Shown here: positions 55,845 to 64,000 of the stretch, in pieces
Numbering within the stretch: the stretch's first letter is position 1
Layout: each line of letters begins with the position of its first letter
Assembly (NCBI GenBank): GCA_949358305.1
Contig: OX442314.1
Span: 17,794,001-17,858,000 of the forward strand
Source of the DNA: Strigamia acuminata
Taxonomy: Eukaryota
DNA: 64,000 nt
Reading direction: 5' to 3'
Notes under the pieces: model-generated
The model's input: the letters and a program-made list of their open reading frames with translations, nothing else
The model's database searches: none
Told to the model about the DNA's origin: nothing
Made by a program: the position numbers and the translations under genes

Positions 55845-57025
55845 ATTTCATGTAGGAGATGTACGCATTGATTTATGTTTTTAGTGGTGGTGCTTGCAGT
55901 TAAACATGTTTTGTTGTTTGAATTTAGTGTGCATGCCCACTGCGACTGAAAACAGACTAAATCAGCTGCCATTATTGATGTTAGATGGCGAAAAGCATTT
56001 AAATGTGCTGTTTAGTCTAAATTACTTCATGAATGCGCTTACCGTAGTAACCGGAATCAGCTCTTTTGGTTTAATTATATCTTTACATCTAAAATCTGCA
56101 AGCGTTTAGAAATTTTTTTTTGAAAATTGATGATGAGATCGTTTAGACATTCACATCGGTAATTTCTAGTCATTGCTGATGTTGAAGAATAAAAACTCGC
56201 TGTCAGTTTGAAGGTCGATTAAAGGCTTGTTTAAGGATTGGAGCAAAGTTTAGTCTGGATATAATTGATTCAGGTGGGAAATGAATTGTTTTTGTTCTTT
56301 CTGTATTTTTCTTTCTTTCTTTCTTTTTCTCCTTCTCTTTTTTTTGTAGTCTTGTTTTTATCGGCTTTTGTCATTTGACTTTTAATCTTCAATTCTTATT
56401 TGTGAAAATTGAAAATGTTAGTCGCAAAGCAACAGGCTACTCCTAGTTTTTAGTTGATTGCACGCCCAAGTCTTCTACTGTATTTAAGAGAAAAGAATTC
56501 GTTTCGAGTTTGATAATTTTAAACTAAACAAGTTTGATTTCTATACATTCCTTCAGCATCAACATGCCGATGTCTGCGAGTCTGCGACAATATTTATTCT
56601 CTTTGCACGATGTCTTTAAAAAAAATTTAATAATAAAACGATATCTTCTGTCCTTTTTTCCTGGTCGATACCATGGTTTCCATTTCTCTAAGTCAATATT
56701 TTGGAGCAAAGCGCAAGCTGATGATAAATTATTGATGAAAAGATTACTTTTTGTTGGTAATTTTGGCTTTGATTGCTCTTAAGTTTGAAGCGAGATCCAA
56801 TAGAAAGTCAACATTACCAACACTACCAAATTACACCTTACTTCACTTAACACACATGCCCATTTATTTGAGGTGCCAAAACTCAATGACCTCTGCCCAG
56901 CAATATTCTCTTTTTACTTTTTACTCACATTACTATTAATTCAGTGTTCATGCTCAGCCAAAAGCGTTTCCTACCCATTTACTAGAATGGGATTGACATA
57001 TTGATTTTCCTAGTGCGAGTGCCTG

Positions 57026-57040
57026 CCACCAGATGGCGCC
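57026..57040 (+). promoter_or_regulatory. CTCF-like motif
   Basis: CCACCAGATGGCGCC matches the CTCF core CCASYAGRKGGCRS. Confidence 0.45.
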
Positions 57041-58263
57041 ACAAGTTTACCCAGTGGGAGAATTATGGCAGAAATAGATATTAAAACATACTGCCTGCCA
57101 GTGCTGTTGGAGAAATTTTCGTAATTTAATGAGAAACATGATTTAGAGGTCTAATTTGACACAATACTATTGTTTCAACACTAGACTAGAGTAGCCCATA
57201 TTTTCGGTGTAATCAATCAAATAAAAGTGTTTTATCAGTTTTCTTCACTCACTTTTGTTACGGTGTTTTATTGATCAGTTCACAGCGGGAGGAAGAAGTA
57301 TTTCTTTTAGTAGGCAATTCATATGGTAGATGTTCTTTTGCGTTCGTCTATCGATGAGTTTTCCCTCTTAATTCCCATCAGTTTGTGCCTTGCTAGTGGG
57401 TTTACGAACAGCCACGCAAAACCACGGTGCAAATCCGTTTGTTCCCTCCCTTTTCTGATCATTGCATAGTTTAAGGAGCCCCTCGTGCATGCCCAAGAAG
57501 TAGGCGGGTTGAGGGTGGAAGAGATTTTTGCGCCTCTTTGCACACCCAGATGTTCACTTTCCCAAAGATATCTGCAAGATGAAGGGATGCACAAGAATTT
57601 CATTCCATTTGGGTTCATCTCGTCTCCTCTTTCTTTTTTACGCCTTCTTTTTATATTTTTTTTTTTGTTTGATGCAATTGGGTTTTTGTTGAGCTGATGG
57701 AACATCTATTCCGAGTTAGTCGTCTTTCTATCCTTTTTATCTTTGGGTGCAATCATTTTGAAAGTTTTCTCGAGATTGAGGTAAAGTGCAGTTTCAGTTT
57801 TGCTTTACCTCAGGATAATTAACTGTGTCGGGAGCGTTTTGCTCGCTCATTTCTCGTATGATTTAAAGCGAATTCCAGACTGCTTTGTAGCAGTGAATAA
57901 ATTAGATCCAGCGCTATGCGACAATGACAGACATTAAGCTAGGCACTTGACACTTATAATCACAACCTTTTGGCTTGATAATTTATGGCACGGACTAATT
58001 GTAGGTACCTTTCCACTTGCTATTAATTAGTCCCTCAAGTATCATATAATATAAGCGCAATATCAGAACGGGTGAGATTTGAAATATGGGATCAGCTTCA
58101 ACAAATTCCGTGCATAGTTCGCAACAATTTTTTTTACCCCTTTTTCTCGTTAACATTGTTAATTGATATTTGGAAACAAGAATAATGAATTAAATTCTTG
58201 GTTTTAACGATGGAGGGCGCTAGAATGCAGAGGCGCGAAACATCTATTTGTTTTCTCAGCCAC

Positions 58264-58278
58264 CCGCCAGATGGCGAC
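58264..58278 (+). promoter_or_regulatory. CTCF-like motif
   Basis: CCGCCAGATGGCGAC, same orientation as the 57026 site. Confidence 0.4.
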
Positions 58279-59596
58279 ACTAAACACTCCGTAAATAACC
58301 CATGCCTTAACTCCAAAGTTTAATATTTAATTCGAAGGGATTGGGAAACATTCAGTTGCTGCTCTCTTTATTATGAATGTTTGGGTTGGGTGAAGATTTA
58401 TATTTAAATTAATACACTTCAATGGTTTTAAGCTCTAACAGAATTGAAAAGTTAAAAATTAAAATTTTGCTTCGTAGTTATTACTTGGGTGTTTGTGCAG
58501 CACGAAGATGAGAGAAACGATAATGCTGTCAGATTTTCCGGACAGTCTTATATTACCAATATGTTCATGGTACGTAAAAATTTGAACACGTAGCATTGCT
58601 GGAAAAATTGATACAGCATTTTGTTTTTTATTATCGGCGTGTTGCATAAACTTGACGCTTTAATGGTGTAATTCGTTTTGTTAAGCAACAAAATAAAAAA
58701 AAGTAGGAAAAAAGAGCCATTTGTAGATGTTCCTTTACAATCAATTTTTTAAATGCTGACATATGATGCAGTCATTATTGGCTTTCGAAATGGCCCTTCG
58801 AGTTGGTCACGAGTCACGAGAACAACATGTGCGCTAAATGTTATAATTATCATATCAAGGCTTAGCCTAATAGGTTTATCTCTGAAGTGTAGGCATTAAA
58901 GCGTAATTTATGTCAAACTGACGGTTAATAATAAAATTTGTATCGATTATTATCAAATACTGATATGTTAATTGAGTAATTTTTAAAGATCTAGTATTGA
59001 TTTGCACTTTAATTTTCTCTCTGATCAAAAAGGAGTTGAATGCAGTTAATCAATAAGCTGGCGTCGCCTTTTGAGAGTTGGTATTCTCTTGACTGTTTTC
59101 TGTCTTAAACTCTGTTTAATGGACGTTTGATACGGGCCTGAGGGATTCCATTAATCATGCACCCCATTCTTCTTTTTTTTAAAGAGAACTTAGAGCTTTT
59201 TTCTCACAATTCCCAAAGGTTTGTGGTATGGAATATGTTTGCAGGAGCAAAGTTCTTTAGTCAGCAGTTTGCTAGTGATAGTATAGTGCTAGATGGTGGC
59301 TGATCCCAAGGGTTGGAACACGACTGAACTCACTAGCCTAAACTCTATTTACAAATGAAGCAAGAAAGCAAACTCCCGTTTGTCAACTGAGGAGTGTTAA
59401 GGCTGTATTATGTACCGTCATGTTACTCGTAGTGGCAGACATCTTGAAAGCTATTATACATTGACCGTTTGTAGATAGATATTTAGTTCTTATTAAAATG
59501 ACGCATGCCATATTTAAAACTAAAACTTTACACTAGTTTCACGGAGATATTACAGTAATTTAAAACTATACGTGGCTTTATGAATGGAGCTACTAA

Positions 59597-60569
59597 CAAG
59601 GAGACCGCAAGAGTGTGTAATTCACAATTGTTAAAATTATTGTTAAATAAAGTATTCACACGACCTGAGCAATGTTTCTTTCTTATATTTAAATGCACCT
59701 CTCTCTCACATTGTTACAAACAGTTACAACACTCAGAATTCTTTACTGTGTGTTGAAACACCATTTTTTGATTTTTTGAGTAAAAAGGTCAAGTGTAGCA
59801 CTACACTTGGTGATTAGCCTGTTCAAACCTTACTCTGGAACCCAGATAATTTGATATCACATGACATATGACATCACAACTTTGTTCATCAACATGACTG
59901 CCTGCTTGAAGGCAACAATAGTGTGTCGCGGTGGCCCAGTGGTTGAGGCAATGCACCAGGAATCTTTTTACACAGGTTCAAATCCTGTTGCCTCCGAAAA
60001 TTTTTATTTTTATTTTTTTTTTATTTTTAGCAGTAAAGTTGATGTTTGATATTTTATATTTGTTTTTTAAAAAATTTTAATATAATTAATTTTAATTTTT
60101 TAACATATATAAAATATCAAACATCAACATTACTGCTAAAAATAAATAAAAAATAAAAGTAAAATTTTTTGGAGACAACAGGATTTGAACCTGTGTAAAA
60201 AGATTCCTGGTGCATTGCCTCAACCACTGGGCCACCGCGACACACTATTGTTGCCTTCAAGCAGGCAGTCATGTTGATGAACAAAGTTGTGATGTCATAT
60301 GTCATGTGATATCAAATTATCTGGGTTCCAGAGTAAGGTTTGAACAGGCTAATCACCAAGTGTAGTGCTACACTTGACCTTTTTACTCAAAAAATCAAAA
60401 AATGGTGTTTCAACACACAGTAAAGAATTCTGAGTGTTGTAACTGTTTGTAACAATGTGAGAGAGAGGTGCATTTAAATATAAGAAAGAAACATTGCTCA
60501 GGTCGTGTGAATACTTTATTTAACAATAATTTTAACAATTGTGAATTACACACTCTTGCGGTCTCCTTG
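59597..60569. mobile_element. Fold-back (palindromic) non-autonomous element, copy 2, 973 bp
   Basis: Same termini and arm sequence as copy 1 but with many substitutions; flanked by TAA on both sides. Confidence 0.92.
59925..59997 (+). promoter_or_regulatory. tRNA-like cassette (Pol III A/B box) in left arm of fold-back copy 2; mirror at ~60170-60242 on -
   Basis: TGGCCCAGTGG A box, D-arm-like GCC..GGC, perfect T-arm ACAGG-TTCAAAT-CCTGT, followed by T runs. Confidence 0.6.
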
Positions 60570-61891
60570 TAAGCTTATTAATGTCGGTTGCATCAATCAT
60601 TCAGGGCGCAAGCTGTAAATTCCATACTGAATATTGCAGGAGGAAAAATGATGAAGTTGGTAGCGTTGACACTTTACGTGTGTGTGCGGTTGGTAGCGTT
60701 TACAATGCTGATAGAATTTTCCTCGCACAACAATTTTGTTTGTGTTAATGTAATTTTGTGTTTGTGTGTGAATTGTGGCTCAGATCGATGAAAGGTCGTG
60801 CGTCATTTTCTGTTGATGCGTTGTTATTGAGTTTGCTGCTTAGTTGTTTATTACGGTCTTTCCTCTTCGTTTATCATTCTTTATTCCGTTGGGTGTATAT
60901 TGGCCGGTGCCAAATAAATAGTTATAGTTTGTATGTTGGCTGTTTTTGTGGATGAAACAAATTGGTGCGGGTCTTGTATTTCCGTCACGTTGGATTTAGC
61001 AGAAAAGAACGAAGACAAATTTGCAAGGTTTAAATAACGACAACTCTAAGATTTATGGGTGGTGCTACTCTAACAGAATTTCGATACTTGCAAGCACAGA
61101 AGGCCTAAGACAAAGAAAGAAAAGTAAAGCAGGGGAGTTTTTGTTAAACAATTTAAAAGAATACTAAAACCTGATAAATCAATAGCCGAGAAGGGCGAAA
61201 ACCTTTGTTGCTTGCTTTAGTTTATTGCATTAAGTCTCTAGTTGTCCAATAGAAGTTGTGTTTTCGAAATGCACGTGATTTGCTTTTATTTATTTATCAC
61301 TCAATGGACGAAATGGTATTGAGTGCCTCGATATATTACGATGAAAGCAAAGGTGATAAACCTTAAGGCAGAAGCAGAAGCGAGAGCACGTTTACAAGTT
61401 TGGTTGCCTCGGTGTGTGTGTGGGCAAAATCGATATTTTATCCGCTTGATTGTGCCGTTGGTGGAAGCAGGTGAAGTCGATCGTCATTCGGTACACATCT
61501 CCAGTTAGCGATGCAACAAATTCAGCACATGTGCTTAATTCGTGCACTGTAATATTCGAAACGTGCGAGTGACTGTCGCTGTTGCGTTTGTAGCATTTTA
61601 ATTTGTCTAGCATAGCTGTAATGAAAGTGACGAAGGTGACGAAGTGTCAATGTTGATTTGGTGGGCCCGGTAAAACACGCGGTTTACGCGCTTTTCTCTT
61701 TCTCTCTGGTGCACTAGCACGTCTATCTCCACCCTCCTTCTATTGATCGGGCTGGGAGTTGAGTCCGCTAGTTGAGACGAGCTGCCATGCTCTTTGTCGG
61801 CACAGAAAGCACGAGGCTTGAATGGCTCCATGCACCGCATGGTAGACTCGGGTCTAGTTGAACGATAGGCCAATGAATCAGCAGTGGATGA

Positions 61892-61909
61892 CATCATCAT
61901 CATCATCAT
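61892..61909. repeat. (CAT)6 microsatellite upstream of the putative alternative start
   Basis: Read directly; it explains the poly-I and poly-M runs in overlapping spurious ORFs. Confidence 0.9.
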
Positions 61910-62099
61910 CTCCTTTTCTTCCATCCATCCACACTTGGGGATGAAAGGTGGTGTGAAGCGTATTGCGCCTGCGCCACGTGAGTCGATGTGCACCTTGCCT
62001 TCTTTTTCTCCGGAAGATGATGCCATGACCCTTGACCTTGTCAGTGCGGTCCGTGACCCTTGCGCGTTGCGAATCTCAAGCGGCTGTATGTGATCAGCC

Positions 62100-62199
62100 A
62101 TGAGGTTGTCGTTCTTGTTGCATCACCTGCTTTTGCTCACCTGTTCGTGCGTGTATGTAGTGCTGCAGTTTGCTCATTCGTGCTATATTTTTCCTAAAG
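62100..62199 (+). CDS. Agrn: Putative alternative N-terminus (signal-peptide-like) continuous with the 62200 exon
   Basis: gccATGa start with an in-frame TGA just upstream (62091-62093). MRLSFLLHHLLLLTCSCVYVVLQFAHS|CYIFPK is hydrophobic with an AxS cleavage-like motif and reads without a stop into the Kazal exon. Confidence 0.6.
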
Positions 62200-62436
62200 C
62201 GGTCAAAGACCCGTGCGAAAACAAGGTTTGTCGGTTCGGTGCTCGATGTGTGCCCGCCATGGACGGACGAACGGCAGAGTGTACTTGCCCGGACAAATGC
62301 CCCTCGTACGGCGATCACCGGGGCTCGTTGCCTGTTTGTGCCAGCGATGGCAAAGATTATCCAAACGTTTGCGAGTTGCGTAGAGCAGCGTGTCAAAACA
62401 TGAAGGACATTGAAGAGCGATACCAAGGAAAATGCG
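62200..62436 (+). CDS. Agrn: Coding exon, next follistatin/Kazal domain of agrin-like protein
   Basis: Acceptor tatatttttcctaaag|cg (AG 62198-62199) and donor TGC G|gtaagt (GT 62437); 237 nt, phase 1-1. Joins in frame to the 42622-42834 exon (..KGSC-A-VKDPCENKVCRFGARCVPAMDGRTAECTCPDKCPSYGDHRGSLPVCASDGKDYPNVCELRRAACQNMKDIEERYQGKC). The CPSYGDH..S.PVC insert resembles invertebrate agrin. Confidence 0.88.
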
Positions 62437-64000
62437 GTAAGTCAAATATCTTTTATTTTTAATTTTTGATTTTTTGATTTTTTCCTTTCTTTTTGGATTT
62501 GGGATTTGCAATTTAAAGCATGATGGGTTTAAATGGGAAAATTTGCATTTTAATTTGGTCAATTACTTTCGAATCGAAGATGCAAATGGGATTCTTTTTT
62601 TATTATGGAATTTTTATATTTTAGGGGACACATTTTCATAAAAAAATTTAAATATTAATGTTGTTTAGCATTTAATTACAACTTAAATTTGTTTTCTCAG
62701 AACACGGTGTAAAAATTATCATAATGTTTAGACTTATTTAAATTAAAAACACGTGGTTATGGCGGTATTAAGGTCTCTGCAAACATGAAATAATCTTTGG
62801 AGATTGGGACTTAATTGAAATTCACTTATGGTAAGTAATTGAGCACTTTTCCTCCTAAATGGTCCGAGAAAAAAGCCTTTCTCCTCGGTTACCACAAACT
62901 TTCTTTAAAATTAACGTCGGCGAATAGAGGTGATAAATGTGCCCAAACGAGCACATGGTCCAAATGTGATGATTAAAGAAGGAGCAAAGAACTAATTATA
63001 TTATAACCATTGAGTTCTTATAACATGATAGAAAAATTTCAGTGGTTTGGAAATAATATTTATATCCGTATAATTTTTTTTTCTTTTGAGCTACGTGGGA
63101 AGAAAAGTGTTGGGATAGAAAATTTCTTATATCCGGCTGGATGATGACAGATGCTGAACCATTTGAAAATGGGGCTGCCGTAACGCCTCTTTCCACTTGG
63201 TTCTTTTTTATCATCATCGCTTCAAACTTCTTTTCTGCTGCCTACATCTTTTGCTATATATTTTTTATTTATATCTATTTTCATTTTTTCTTTTTTTAGA
63301 AAAATGTTAAATGTGGCATAATTTTACTGCTCGTTAAAACCGTTTCTTTTATCTTTAATTTGGGATAATAAAGAAACTTACCATTAGACAATTCCTGGAA
63401 TATTTTCTCCTCTCTTGTGACAAGTTAAGTTGAACTAATAAAATTTATGATTTTCTGGCAATGTTATTAAATATTTAAATGAGGAAAAGCTAACCATTTA
63501 TTGTCAGGCGAATAAATTAATGAATTCCCAGGAAATGATACAAATAAAAAATTAATGATTATTTTAAAATTAACCTCTTCTTATTAAATTTACTTCTATT
63601 TTTAATGTATTCTGCCGGTTACAGCAGTTTATTTGGATAGTTGCGTGTGTTCAACTGTAACGATGAAACGTGGAGGTCAATTTAAGTAAATTAGCCAACA
63701 CTGTGTAATTAAAACGTTTCTCTATGATGAAAGTGAAGCTGGGAAGAGCAAATCAATTTTAGAGTTTGAAGACCTCCGTTCATTTGCAGTCTGCGATACG
63801 AGAGCAGTGGATTAATGCTTAATTTTTATCTTTGGGCCGGAAATTACATCACGGTTCGGTCAAAAAAAAAGCGAAGGAAATGAAGAAAATTCTTCCTTCC
63901 CTGGGCAACTTTTACTTGCTTCAATTCTGTAAAGAAACATAAAAGGAGAGGGAAAATAGCTCGTTTCATTTCACCCATTTAGGATATAATAGACTCGATT

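Noticed and set aside
59861..60305. Twin 62-aa ORFs on opposite strands (and 16805-16987)
   Set aside because: Mirror products of the palindromic element; no protein features.
61607..62101. 164-aa - strand ORF
   Set aside because: No recognisable domain, poly-M comes from the CAT repeat, and it is antisense to a GC-richer region where long ORFs arise by chance.

Overview
AT-rich eukaryotic (probably arthropod) genomic DNA, almost all of it intron of a large + strand agrin-like gene. Two follistatin/Kazal exons are visible (42622-42834, 62200-62436); the second can also be read as a first exon with its own ATG and signal-peptide-like N-terminus (from 62100). The intron between them holds an apparently intact, antisense DIRS1-type tyrosine-recombinase retrotransposon (44771-50234) with 132-bp ITRs, an internal complementary region and RT/RNase H/methyltransferase and YR ORFs. 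Its gag region is split by two 67-68 nt GT-AG segments whose removal gives one uninterrupted ~1257-aa gag-pol frame, i.e. a retroelement that appears to carry spliceosomal introns. The window also contains two ~1-kb fold-back elements (16320-17310, 59597-60569) inserted at GCTTAG with TTA/TAA duplication and a tRNA-like A/B-box cassette in each arm, a decayed second YR fragment, several small hairpin or MITE-like remnants, CTCF-like motifs and simple repeats. Most short ORFs in the track are spurious. All alignments were done by eye; no database search was run.
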